Shown: one piece after another, positions 19,016 to 27,748 of the stretch
Numbering within the stretch: the first letter of the stretch is position 1
How the letters are laid out: each line of letters begins with the position of its first letter
NCBI GenBank assembly: GCA_036524675.1
Contig: DATDBU010000108.1
Coordinates: forward strand, 4,297 to 68,296
Direction of reading: 5' to 3'
Length of the DNA: 64,000 nucleotides
Source of the DNA: Chthoniobacterales bacterium
GTDB lineage: Bacteria > Verrucomicrobiota > Verrucomicrobiia > Chthoniobacterales > DASVRZ01
Notes under the pieces: model-generated
Seen by the model: the letters and a program-made list of their open reading frames with translations, nothing else
The model's database searches: none
What the model was told of the DNA's origin: nothing
Position numbers and translations under genes: made by a program

Positions 19016-19387
19016 TTAGCTATCGTATATGGCGTGATAGTATGGGGAGTTCTTGAAGTGCCTGGCATTCAGTGTGACCAACTCAAGTTGAGGTTGCGCC
19101 AGCGGTGGCTGCAATCATACAATCGGCCAATCCGCACCCCAGACTCGCTCGATGATCTCGTCTGTAGAGGCCAGCAATCTCTGCAATTTCTTCTGTAAGA
19201 GGCAGAACAACCAGTGCGGAAATCATCGTGGCGAGGTTGATGCGATCTTGACCCTCACGAACTCCTTGGAAGAGTTCCGCTACGCTGACCGCCGAAATGG
19301 AAACTTCATCCACGTGGTGTTCGAGGTAAGTCACGGCATCAGGGTATCCGCGCAAGTAATCGATGAGCACATCCTATCGACGAGCAT
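19016..19387 (-). pseudogene. vapC: PIN-domain toxin VapC, disrupted by two 1-nt frameshifts
   Basis: ATG at 19387 gives 'MLVDR', then the frame shifts (~19375) into ORF 19083..19370 'VLIDYLRGYPDAV...CMIAATA'. A second shift (~19108-19112) continues as 'LAQPQLELVTLNARHFKNSPYYHAIYDS*' (stop 19016-19018), a typical PIN C-terminus. Confidence 0.75.
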
Positions 19388-19389
19388 AC

Positions 19390-19620
19390 TCAAAACCGGT
19401 CGAAGTCTGCTCTAATGTCCTCAAGGGAGATGCTACGGTTGTCCTTCCACATGCCGCGTGCCGCACGAAGTCTCCCTAAACGGTCTTGCGGCCCGAGCCG
19501 CTGGAGATACAGGTCAATAGCCTCTCGAATGATTTCGCTCTGCTTGCGACCGGATTCAGCCGCTACACGAGCAACGCCCTGAGCTTCAGAAGAAGTAAGG
19601 TAAATCTGCGTCCGAATCAT
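19390..19620 (-). CDS. vapB: Ribbon-helix-helix (CopG/VapB-like) antitoxin
   Basis: 'MIRTQIYLTSSEAQGVARVAAESGRKQSEIIREAIDLYL'. Its stop lies 2 nt before the vapC ATG (TGAGTATG). Confidence 0.75.
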   Translation of the reverse strand: MIRTQIYLTSSEAQGVARVAAESGRKQSEIIREAIDLYLQRLGPQDRLGRLRAARGMWKDNRSISLEDIRADFDRF

Positions 19621-19997
19621 AACATCATGATGTATTTGGGGTTGCGGCCAGTCAAGAAGCGTTTCTTTGGACATTCAGCCGTCGGTTTTTGATCGCTGCT
19701 GCCTGCATTCCCCGATTGCGACGCGTCCTGCTGGGCGATTGCCCAGGCTGTCCGATCGCGCACTCCGTCGCCGTCCATCTTGTCATTAGTAAGCCATCCA
19801 TGCCATTGCCGCTGTTTTCGCAATCAGACTCCCGATCAGCGCGGCAGGATATTGTCCAGATTTAACTCACTTCAAAATGACGGTGATGTCCCGAATCGGC
19901 TTTATCTATTAAATTTGCACAGCTAGCTCAGCTTATTCCAGCGTTCAGCCACGGGTGTACTCGCAGGCTTCGCGGCAATGCATCATTGTTGTTCGGC

Positions 19998-20468
19998 CTA
20001 TCCATGTTTCGGTGACAAATTCAGTCTTATTCGAACGAAATAACTCGCAAGCAGACAGGCAAATGCACTTGTAATTGTAAATCCCAGGAGTGCCGGGGGC
20101 GACCACCCGCCAGTTACAATCCATATCACTAGTGACATTAGACAACCTCCAAGAAGACCAAGAAACGTAAACAGCGCGGCTGTGCTCCAACCTGGTGTTC
20201 TGCGAGTGCGAGAGACGATGCTCCAAGCAATCACCCAAAGAATAGGAGCTACAAAAAAGCCAGGCACCAAAGCGGCCAAACTGGCGCTCGCAATAGACTC
20301 TGCTGCTCGGTAAGAAGCGCTGGGAAAATATTCCTCACCGGTAGAGGTGTAGTAACGGGTTTCGATACCGGGAGCAAACATGGTCAGTAGCTCCTCGAGC
20401 GCACAAGAGATAATAAACACGGCCACTAAGACAAGAATAGCGAAAGTGTGGCGTTTCATGTCTGTCAA
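19998..20468 (-). CDS. Hypothetical multi-pass membrane protein
   Basis: Four hydrophobic segments. No family recognised. Confidence 0.55.
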   Translation of the reverse strand: MTDMKRHTFAILVLVAVFIISCALEELLTMFAPGIETRYYTSTGEEYFPSASYRAAESIASASLAALVPGFFVAPILWVIAWSIVSRTRRTPGWSTAALFTFLGLLGGCLMSLVIWIVTGGWSPPALLGFTITSAFACLLASYFVRIRLNLSPKHG

Positions 20469-20584
20469 CGTTGGCGATCATTTATACCAAAGAACGGTTG
20501 GCGTAGCGCCTGGATAACCAAGATGCGCGACAGACGCCGTAGACCCAGGGCACCGGAGGGGGGAGTTGAACGCATCACGTCAGC

Positions 20585-21019
20585 CTATTTGTAGAATTCA
20601 GAGCGGTTGGCATGAAAGTAATCCAACAGTCTTTTGGGCTCGTCGAGCCACTTGATGGCGCCGTAGCCGAAAAGCTCCTTTTGCTTCGCTGCTTTCCTGT
20701 TATCCGATGCCGTAAAAGTCGCAGACCGAATCAGTCGATCCTTGGTGAGTGGCTCATTCTTTTGCCAGCGCGAGGAATAGAGAAAAAGCGTGATCTGCCA
20801 GTCGTTGTTTGGTAAAGGCCGATACTGCTCAACGATAGTCCGGTTGCTCGCAAACACCGTTTTCTGGATGAATGAGGCGCGACCTCGCTGCTGTGTAATC
20901 GTAAGTTCTTCGCCCCCGCACGCCGGGTCAGGTCCAGGGCCGACGAACGTCTGCGCGCTGAGTGCTGAAACCGAACGCATCAGAAGGCAAAGTAAGATGA
21001 TGTTGCGCGGGTGCGGCAT
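20585..21019 (-). CDS. Hypothetical secreted protein
   Basis: N-terminal signal peptide 'NIILLCLLMRSVSALSAQ'. No family recognised. Confidence 0.55.
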   Translation of the reverse strand: MPHPRNIILLCLLMRSVSALSAQTFVGPGPDPACGGEELTITQQRGRASFIQKTVFASNRTIVEQYRPLPNNDWQITLFLYSSRWQKNEPLTKDRLIRSATFTASDNRKAAKQKELFGYGAIKWLDEPKRLLDYFHANRSEFYK

Positions 21020-21145
21020 GGAAATAGGCTTAAGGAAACAGTGATTTAAGCCTCAGGTGACGCGGATAGACGCATCCGGGAGCGCAGCCCGCTTGACTGC
21101 ACAAGTACGACGTGACACGTGTAGGCGGTTAGCTGCATCGCCGGA

Positions 21146-21508
21146 TTATGCTGTTGTGCGTTCGACATGTCTGACCTTCCCAAGGCTAAAAACGAACGCT
21201 CCAAATACCGAGAGCAAAGTCACTGCAAAGTCGAGCCATAAATAGAAGTCCTTATCCGTTGGAATCCGTTGGTTCGAAAATAATGCCGTAAAGTCAGCAC
21301 AGCAGAATCGGGATGGATGAGACCAGCATGGCTTTGCTGCCGGACTCGTTGATCGAGTGCCAGTTCTTTTGGAATGGAAGGACGCGCGAAAGCGGACGCC
21401 GTAAACGTGGTTCATCGGGACCTTGCGCAGGATGAGCGGAATCGAGAGCGTGGCGATCAGTAGCGCAATTGCGATTGTCGACGCGGAAATGATCGCGACT
21501 TCGATCAT
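21146..21508 (-). CDS. SdpI/YhfL-like membrane (immunity-type) protein, possibly carrying a compensated frameshift
   Basis: 'LILRKVPMNHVYGVRFRASFHS' fits the SdpI 'PNxxxGxR' motif. The following ~23 codons look non-membrane in this frame, while another frame reads 'KNWHSINESGSKAMLVSSIPILLC'. Confidence 0.5.
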   Translation of the reverse strand: MIEVAIISASTIAIALLIATLSIPLILRKVPMNHVYGVRFRASFHSKRTGTRSTSPAAKPCWSHPSRFCCADFTALFSNQRIPTDKDFYLWLDFAVTLLSVFGAFVFSLGKVRHVERTTA

Positions 21509-21634
21509 AGTAATATCGGGCTAAAGGCTCAACGAATCAATATAACGACGTGCTGGGGAACGGGTAAGAGCGAAGGGAATGGAGTCTGAAACAAAGCGGA
21601 ATTCATCAATGCCGTTCGCTGGAGCCCCTGGTGG

Positions 21635-22072
21635 TTAGGACTTGCGTTGCCTGAGAAACAATGCCAGCTCTCCACCTGGCCCGCGGAGTGTCAGGAAAGG
21701 GTCGTTCAACAGAACTTTTGATCCACTGAGGGACCAGTTAAATTCTGCGGCGAGGGGCCCGGACTGGAACGTTATGCTCACCGAGCCAGCGTCGTAATAT
21801 ACTCGGACAGCCTCCAGCGCGTTGCCCTTGCCAAGGCGGACTGCGATGATGAACTCTTTCACAGAGGGGACGTTCAAAATATCTTCCCGTCCATTAAAGC
21901 GAGCTACCACCTGAAGAGGTTCTGCCCGATCTGATGCGAAGTGGAACAAGCGATAGCCCTCGTCCTTGGCAATGCGCTCGGCGACGGACGCAGACGAAAG
22001 CTCTGTCGCTATTGACTGCGAGCGAATGAGCGCGAGTAATGAAACAATCAGGATTAGAACGCGCGATTTCAT
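21635..22072 (-). CDS. Hypothetical secreted protein
   Basis: Signal peptide 'MKSRVLILIVSLLALIRSQS'. No family recognised. Confidence 0.55.
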   Translation of the reverse strand: MKSRVLILIVSLLALIRSQSIATELSSASVAERIAKDEGYRLFHFASDRAEPLQVVARFNGREDILNVPSVKEFIIAVRLGKGNALEAVRVYYDAGSVSITFQSGPLAAEFNWSLSGSKVLLNDPFLTLRGPGGELALFLRQRKS

Positions 22073-22391
22073 ACGAGAAGTTTGATTGGCCTAACGAGAA
22101 GATCATGAACAGATCTGTTGGGTTTTCCAGCGTCTTTGCGGTTTGTGCGCTCCCTACCGCCCCCCCATTGCGCGATCGTAATGTGCCTGCTGGGCGATCT
22201 CGGTAGGCTCTCCAATCGCACGCTCCGCCAAATCCAGCTCCGAACCACGGCGCCAGGACAGCATTGCCTGGATCGCACTGATTTGGTTTGAAACTGAGGG
22301 CAGGCTTCGCGAATCCACTCCGTTTATTTCATCCGCTAAACAAAAAACTAGTGTCCTGACAGCGAAGTTCTTGCGGGCCAGCCGTGAGGGC

Positions 22392-23174
22392 CTAGCCGCA
22401 AGTGAGACGTTTTCGCGAACGGCCGCGTAAAAGAACAATCCCGACGAAGCCCGGCGCCGTTAGGAGAATAGCGGAAGGTTCTGGAACTGCTTCAGAAATA
22501 AAAGTCGTGCCGTATGCTTGGCTGAGGCCATGCCCTTGATAATTAACCACAGGAGTGACCGCCATCGTGGAAGGGTTCACAGAGAATATCTGTGTTCCAC
22601 TTAATCCATATAACACACCATCATCTCCGGTCGCTAAACCGAAAACGCTGGAAAACCCAAGCGGGCCTAAGGCGGTTCCCGCAAATGTTGCCTGGTTTAT
22701 CTGGACAAGCTGGTTGGTGGTGGAACTCAGATAAAGTTGTCCGTTGTTGAAAGCCAGATCACCCGAGGATCTGAAGCCGATGTTGCCAAGAAGTGTCGCA
22801 GCCCCGGTGGAGATATTAATGGAAAACAGACCCGTCGAGGTGTTGCCAGCTCCGTACAAGATACCGTTAGTTCCGAATACCAGGGCGTTGCCGCCGGATA
22901 TTCCATGTGGCCCGATGGGTGTTAAAGCTGCCGTTTGGGAATTTATTCGGTAGAGATTCGTAAATGACAGCCCATACAGATCGCCATTTGGGGCGAATGC
23001 GATGTCTGTGAGTGCCGTTCCCATGGAGCCGACTATTGTCGTCGTACCTGTCGAAACATCGACGATTCCCAACCGGCCGCTGGCGTCATCGATATATAAT
23101 GAAGGAGAAGCTATTGTGCAGTTAGCAGCGATCAGAAAAGCGCTTGCGATAATGGATGGGACGTGTTGTTTCAT
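22392..23174 (-). CDS. PEP-CTERM-anchored protein with repeated 'G.LYG' beta-propeller-like units
   Basis: C-terminus 'VPEPSAILLTAPGFVGIVLLRGRSRKR'. Internal repeats 'GDLYGLS', 'GILYGAG', 'GQLYLSS', 'GVLYGLS'. Start chosen at 'MKQHVPSIIASAFLIAA'. Confidence 0.75.
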   Translation of the reverse strand: MKQHVPSIIASAFLIAANCTIASPSLYIDDASGRLGIVDVSTGTTTIVGSMGTALTDIAFAPNGDLYGLSFTNLYRINSQTAALTPIGPHGISGGNALVFGTNGILYGAGNTSTGLFSINISTGAATLLGNIGFRSSGDLAFNNGQLYLSSTTNQLVQINQATFAGTALGPLGFSSVFGLATGDDGVLYGLSGTQIFSVNPSTMAVTPVVNYQGHGLSQAYGTTFISEAVPEPSAILLTAPGFVGIVLLRGRSRKRLTCG

Positions 23175-24017
23175 AGTGCTGGGGACTTGTCGTTGGGCTT
23201 GTTTGAATTCTCGCAACGGTGCCATCATTGATGGCCGTTCCCATTCGGGGGTTCCCGCAACGCTGCGGTAGGCGCTACCGGCGCGAACCACGAAGCTTGA
23301 CACAAGGCGCGTAGGGGGTACATGGGGAGAGTTGGTATGGATTGCTTTGCGTATAGCGGAAAATTCGACTGAATGGAAGACTAATCTGTCTGACTTCGGT
23401 GAATTTGCGAAGCTTGTGGTCGCTAATTTTCTGGAGTATCGAAGATGAAGGTGAAATAACTGCGCAGTTTTTCATGATTGGGGGTAATGTAGCCTCTGAG
23501 CCAAAGCTAGCGAGAACGTCATGCCATGAGGGACCGAACCGAAAAGGAGTTCCTGATTTACGATCATCTGGATAAACCTCACGGGGCCAGCCGCGCCTAC
23601 TCCCGGCTGTCCGATTCGGCTGAGGGGACCACAGTGATTTAGCGTTTTGCTACATTCGCTGGACAGCCTTGTGTGCGCCCAGCATGGCGCGTCGCAGATC
23701 AGGTGAGATTCCCCTGTGAAAGTACCAAAACATGGAAACATGAGGACCAAAAGCCAACTCTGAGAGGGTAACTGACCGGGGGAGGAGAGCCGGAGCGAGT
23801 GTAGACCGCATGCCAAATTTCCTATGCTAAATCCGCGTGCAATGCCAGACGAAACGGACAGGCTGATGAATATGAATCTCGCCTTGGCGGGACCGATGGG
23901 CGGGGCGAAGGACGAAGTCCGGCCAGACGCCGCAATAGAGGGCAACGATGCCATAATAAATGAGCAGCGCTCTCCTCACTGGTGCGAGAAACCCTGCATA
24001 TAGCCGGAAGAACAGCT

Positions 24018-24857
24018 TTACACCCACCAAGCGAGAAGCATCGGCACAATCATCAGGGCGATGGCAATCAGGTCTTCCGGGGCAAATCCAGATTCAATCC
24101 CCGTGGCGATGGCGCCGACGATCAGAAGCAATCCTAGCAGCGCGCCCGGGATAATCACGACAAGAGCTAGTCCCAAGAGGCATTGGTGGACGCGTTTTTC
24201 ATCTTCTCGTAGAATGTCGTCCGTCAGCGATCCGAAGGACTCCCAGCACCAGATCCTTTGATTCTTCGTTGTTGGCATCCCCCGCTCGTCAAGTCTGCTC
24301 AGCCGAAAAATGGTCTCTCTGGCCTTTTGAAGATTCTGCAGGCCGCGCTGCTCGGAATGGAAATCAGGCGACCACAGTGAAATGTTTTGGTCGAGGTAAG
24401 ATATCGTTACCTCAGCTCCGTCAACTCCTCGAACGTCATCATGCCGCGCCGCAGGCCAGTCGACCGATTCCAGTAGCACCTTGAGTTCCGCTAACTGCGC
24501 ATCTGAAAGGCGTCGCTCTGTTATCGTCGAAGCGCCGGCTTGCGACTGCGACTCGGCAATCAGGCGGCCCGCCTCATTGATGGTCACAGATACGCGGCTG
24601 TTCGGAATGCGCATCGAGTGATGATAGTCAAGAGCCACCAGCGGCTCTCCTCGGATTGCGATCGAGACCAAAAAGAAGGCGATGACGACAGAGATCGCTC
24701 TCATTTCAAGGGCTGAGTTCAATCTGTCGAACACCGGCCGTGAGCCGCGCGCATCAGCGCGTAACACTGGGGCTTGATTTGTTGTGTTCGGGGTTGTTGG
24801 AGGAGGGTCGAACATCTGAATCAGCTTCTTGAGTTCGCTGAGGGATTCTGGCGTCAT
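24018..24857 (-). CDS. Hypothetical membrane protein
   Basis: Internal TM 'AISVVIAFFLVSIAI' and C-terminal TM helices. No family recognised. A further hydrophobic ORF (23827..24030) continues in another frame. Confidence 0.5.
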   Translation of the reverse strand: MTPESLSELKKLIQMFDPPPTTPNTTNQAPVLRADARGSRPVFDRLNSALEMRAISVVIAFFLVSIAIRGEPLVALDYHHSMRIPNSRVSVTINEAGRLIAESQSQAGASTITERRLSDAQLAELKVLLESVDWPAARHDDVRGVDGAEVTISYLDQNISLWSPDFHSEQRGLQNLQKARETIFRLSRLDERGMPTTKNQRIWCWESFGSLTDDILREDEKRVHQCLLGLALVVIIPGALLGLLLIVGAIATGIESGFAPEDLIAIALMIVPMLLAWWV

Positions 24858-24944
24858 CTCGCGAGTGCTTTACTTACCTAGTCATCATCCAGTCCTGGAA
24901 CGCGAAGCGTGGAAGGTTGGCTGAATTACGTGGTTCGAATTCCT

Positions 24945-25313
24945 TCATTTGAGAAATTGTCCGTTATAACAGCTTAGGGAAAGAATTGGTTCCTCGCCGA
25001 TCTTCATCCTCCGATAATTGACAAAACCAACCGAGTCTAAAATGGCCTCGTATTGCTCGGGACATCTCTGCGCAAATTCTGTGCACTCTCCAAGATCCAA
25101 TAGTAATCCCGCTTCTTTGTTTCCGTGTATTTTGGACATGCCGTCTTCAGGCGAATCTATAGAAGTCATGCAATCAATCCATGCATCCATGTTCCGTCCG
25201 TAAAAGGCGGGGAAGCCGAGGGTTTCGGCAAAGACGGTGTGAAACGAATCCCAATCATGGATTCTTTCTACCGGTATTTTAACGACCACGGGTTTCATTC
25301 TAATTGCTGGCAA
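24945..25313 (-). CDS. Barstar-like ribonuclease inhibitor (immunity protein)
   Basis: 'FHTVFAETLGFPAFYGRNMDAWIDCMT' matches the barstar family core (..lgfPxYyGxNlDAlwDcl..). Confidence 0.65.
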   Translation of the reverse strand: MPAIRMKPVVVKIPVERIHDWDSFHTVFAETLGFPAFYGRNMDAWIDCMTSIDSPEDGMSKIHGNKEAGLLLDLGECTEFAQRCPEQYEAILDSVGFVNYRRMKIGEEPILSLSCYNGQFLK

Positions 25314-25391
25314 ATATCCGGATCAGTCGCCGAGCGTTAGCGAGGAGGATGGCTGGATGGCGGCAAGTATCAAATGCCGGTGTGTTACGAC

Positions 25392-25853
25392 CTATTGTTT
25401 TTCCACAAGCGTCGGCAGCTTTGGGATCAGTATCTCCCATTTCTTTTTGTCAAAGTCTGCTGATGGTCTCATCTCTTCGAATGAATTGGGAACACGGGTC
25501 AAGGTGCCGTAGGGATAAAGTCTACCGTCGTTTGTCCATAATTCCTGGGCGTCGCGCCGGAGAAGTCGAATCGTGCCCTTGTCATCCAGAAGCATTCGAT
25601 CAAATGGGGGCTCCTTGTCGCCAGCAATGACAAGCTTGTTGCCGGTAATTTTGTATTGTCCTTCTCGTTCGATCGGTTTGATTGGAGCGACATCGCCAAG
25701 CATCCAGTATCGATATTGTCCATTTCGCAGCTCAAGCACTTCGCTGTGAAAAAGATAGACTTCCCGCGGTGTAACGTATACGCCATTTTCTGGATTCTCT
25801 CGACGTGTGCATCCCAGGAGTCCTATTAGAAGGGCTATGAATAGCGGGCGCAC
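25392..25853 (-). CDS. Hypothetical lipoprotein
   Basis: Lipobox 'LIGLLGC' after a signal peptide. Confidence 0.6.
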   Translation of the reverse strand: MRPLFIALLIGLLGCTRRENPENGVYVTPREVYLFHSEVLELRNGQYRYWMLGDVAPIKPIEREGQYKITGNKLVIAGDKEPPFDRMLLDDKGTIRLLRRDAQELWTNDGRLYPYGTLTRVPNSFEEMRPSADFDKKKWEILIPKLPTLVEKQ

Positions 25854-25920
25854 GCGATTTCCTTCTCCTCAGAAATTGTAACGCTGTAGGGAATTGGCTT
25901 GGCCACTCGGCTCAGCTGTT

Positions 25921-26373
25921 TTACAAAATTACGGGATTCGTGAACAGAGTGATAAGCGCAATGGCTGCGGTAACAAGGTTGGCGGCAAAGAATAGCCAAT
26001 AAAATATGTTCGTTGTTGGAATCTTGAAAAGATATTTGATAACAGCCCATTCAATCGTGCAGCTAAAGAATGCGGCGAGAATCGTGGTGGCAATCCAGCC
26101 GAATGGGTTAAATGTCCCCAGCGGGATCATCTCGTAAAGTGTGTATGAAACGATGAGTTCCCATGCGAACCCAATCCAGATAAATGCTAAGAAACCAATA
26201 AGCGTCGAAACGGCATTGGCTGCAAACGCCAGCAAAAGGCACTTGGGAAAGGTTTTGCGCGTAAGTCCATAGAGAACGCCAGTCTCAATTAGGAGGCTTA
26301 GTGTGATTGCCCACCACGAGTAGTACCGCTGACTTAAATATAGCGCCGGCCAGACAACATTTGCGAAGATCAT
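25921..26373 (-). CDS. Hypothetical multi-pass membrane protein
   Basis: Four to five hydrophobic helices. No family recognised. Confidence 0.55.
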   Translation of the reverse strand: MIFANVVWPALYLSQRYYSWWAITLSLLIETGVLYGLTRKTFPKCLLLAFAANAVSTLIGFLAFIWIGFAWELIVSYTLYEMIPLGTFNPFGWIATTILAAFFSCTIEWAVIKYLFKIPTTNIFYWLFFAANLVTAAIALITLFTNPVIL

Positions 26374-26853
26374 AGTGCTCCAGACATCCCAGGGAATTGG
26401 CTCAAACGTTGTATAGACGGACTACATTCTGTGGTATCGGAAATTTCGTCGCGAAAGATGTCGCGGTTTGGCTGGAACGCTGGAACAGGGAGGCGCGGGA
26501 GGGGAGAGTAAGCTTGCGCGTTGAGATTGGAGAGAGTGTTTGGTTTGTTGAAAATGCCCCATGGGTCGGGTTGTCGCCGGTCATAGACCGAGCCCTTACC
26601 ACATCATCGCGACCCTGCGGCGGCGAGCGGTTTGGGTGTGCCGATTCCTTGGCCTCCTTTATTTCAACGTATGGTTGTTAACAGGTGGCGAGTGGAATGG
26701 CACAACGCGTCTGCGATCATACCAAAAGCGCCTCCGCGCAACAGATTCCCGCCAAAATTGTTTCGGGTTGGGAATACGCAGCTGACAAATGGCGGAGATC
26801 GGTAAAACGAGAAGGCGAGGTCGGCAATGCCGTGTATCTCTCGAGCCTATCAG

Positions 26854-27702
26854 TTATCGCCTGAGTTTCGCGCGCAGGTCGGCCTCCAGGTCTTCGGCTT
26901 TTTTGGATTTGCCGGTTTGGCGGAGGAGCGCTGCGTAGTTTTCCACCACGATGGCGTATTCGTCGAGGTCGGTCTGGCCGCACTTGGTTAGCACGTCCAG
27001 GGCATCCTTGTAGAAACTGCCGGCTTTTTTCCAGTTTTGCCGCGAGTGATGGATGACGGCAAGGTTGCTGAGCGATTCCGCGACGTCGGGATGATAGGGC
27101 CCGTAGGCTTTCTGCCGGAGGCCGAGCGCGCGGGTATGCATGACTTCCGCCATGTCCAGGTCGCCCTGGGCGATGTAAAGCGCTCCCAAATTGTTGAGCA
27201 TGGCTGCTACGTCGGGGTGATCACTGCCACGGATCCGTTCGTACATTTCCAGCGCGCGATGAAAGTGGGCCTCTGCTAGAGCCGGGTTGCCCGATTTTTT
27301 GTAAACCAGCGCGAGATTGTTGAGAATCGTCGCGATTTCAATGGTATCGACGCCGTGCGACTGATCTGCGATCCGGAGGGCTGCGTCGTAGTAATAAGTG
27401 GCGTTGTCCAGATCTCCGAGTTCGTCGTAGAGGGCGGCGATATCGTGAGCAATTCGGTAGTAACCCGGAGTATCGAACGCGTGGACGTCGATGAGTTCCA
27501 AAGCTTCGATATATAGCGGAATGGCGCGCGCGGATAGTCCATGCTGGCGGCAGATGTCGGCGGCGCGGATGAGCGGATTTGCCAGTTCTGGATCGTTTTC
27601 GGCCAATTCAAGGCGCGCGCGTGCGAGATCTCCTTCCACGATCAGGACAGCTTCGGGGATAGGATCGGCAGTCGCGTACTCAGTTTCTGGGGTGGCTTCC
27701 AT
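26854..27702 (-). CDS. Tetratricopeptide-repeat protein (TPR_12 / kinesin-light-chain-like)
   Basis: Repeated 'A..Y..AL.I......G..HP.VA..LNNLA..Y' units. Confidence 0.8.
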   Translation of the reverse strand: MEATPETEYATADPIPEAVLIVEGDLARARLELAENDPELANPLIRAADICRQHGLSARAIPLYIEALELIDVHAFDTPGYYRIAHDIAALYDELGDLDNATYYYDAALRIADQSHGVDTIEIATILNNLALVYKKSGNPALAEAHFHRALEMYERIRGSDHPDVAAMLNNLGALYIAQGDLDMAEVMHTRALGLRQKAYGPYHPDVAESLSNLAVIHHSRQNWKKAGSFYKDALDVLTKCGQTDLDEYAIVVENYAALLRQTGKSKKAEDLEADLRAKLRR

Positions 27703-27748
27703 GGAGGACAGCCCTCTATACTATTGACGTGGTGGTACGATTAGAAGG

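Noticed and set aside
18781-21625. Shared 13-nt string 'atgccgttcgctg' at 18785-18797 and 21609-21621, considered as island direct repeats or att sites
   Set aside because: It is too short, its flanks are dissimilar, and the second copy lies in the middle of the island rather than at a boundary.
22154-22438. 94-aa minus-strand ORF between two island genes
   Set aside because: Its 5' part overlaps the 3' end of the PEP-CTERM gene in another frame, and the remainder has no motif. Evidence for a real gene is insufficient.
23660-23830. 'GTGTGCGCC' and 'GGGAGGAGAGCCGGAGC', reminiscent of a group II intron 5' end/domain V or the RNase P 'GAGGAAAGTCCGGGC' block
   Set aside because: No symmetric domain V hairpin can be drawn, and the match to the RNase P core is too poor. 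No other conserved blocks are present.
24925-24945. 'GGTTCGAATTCC', resembling a tRNA T-arm/T-loop, which could mark a tRNA gene or a tRNA-derived att site in the island
   Set aside because: The flanking bases do not form a T-stem or acceptor stem, and no D-arm or anticodon arm can be drawn. It is most likely a chance match containing an EcoRI site.
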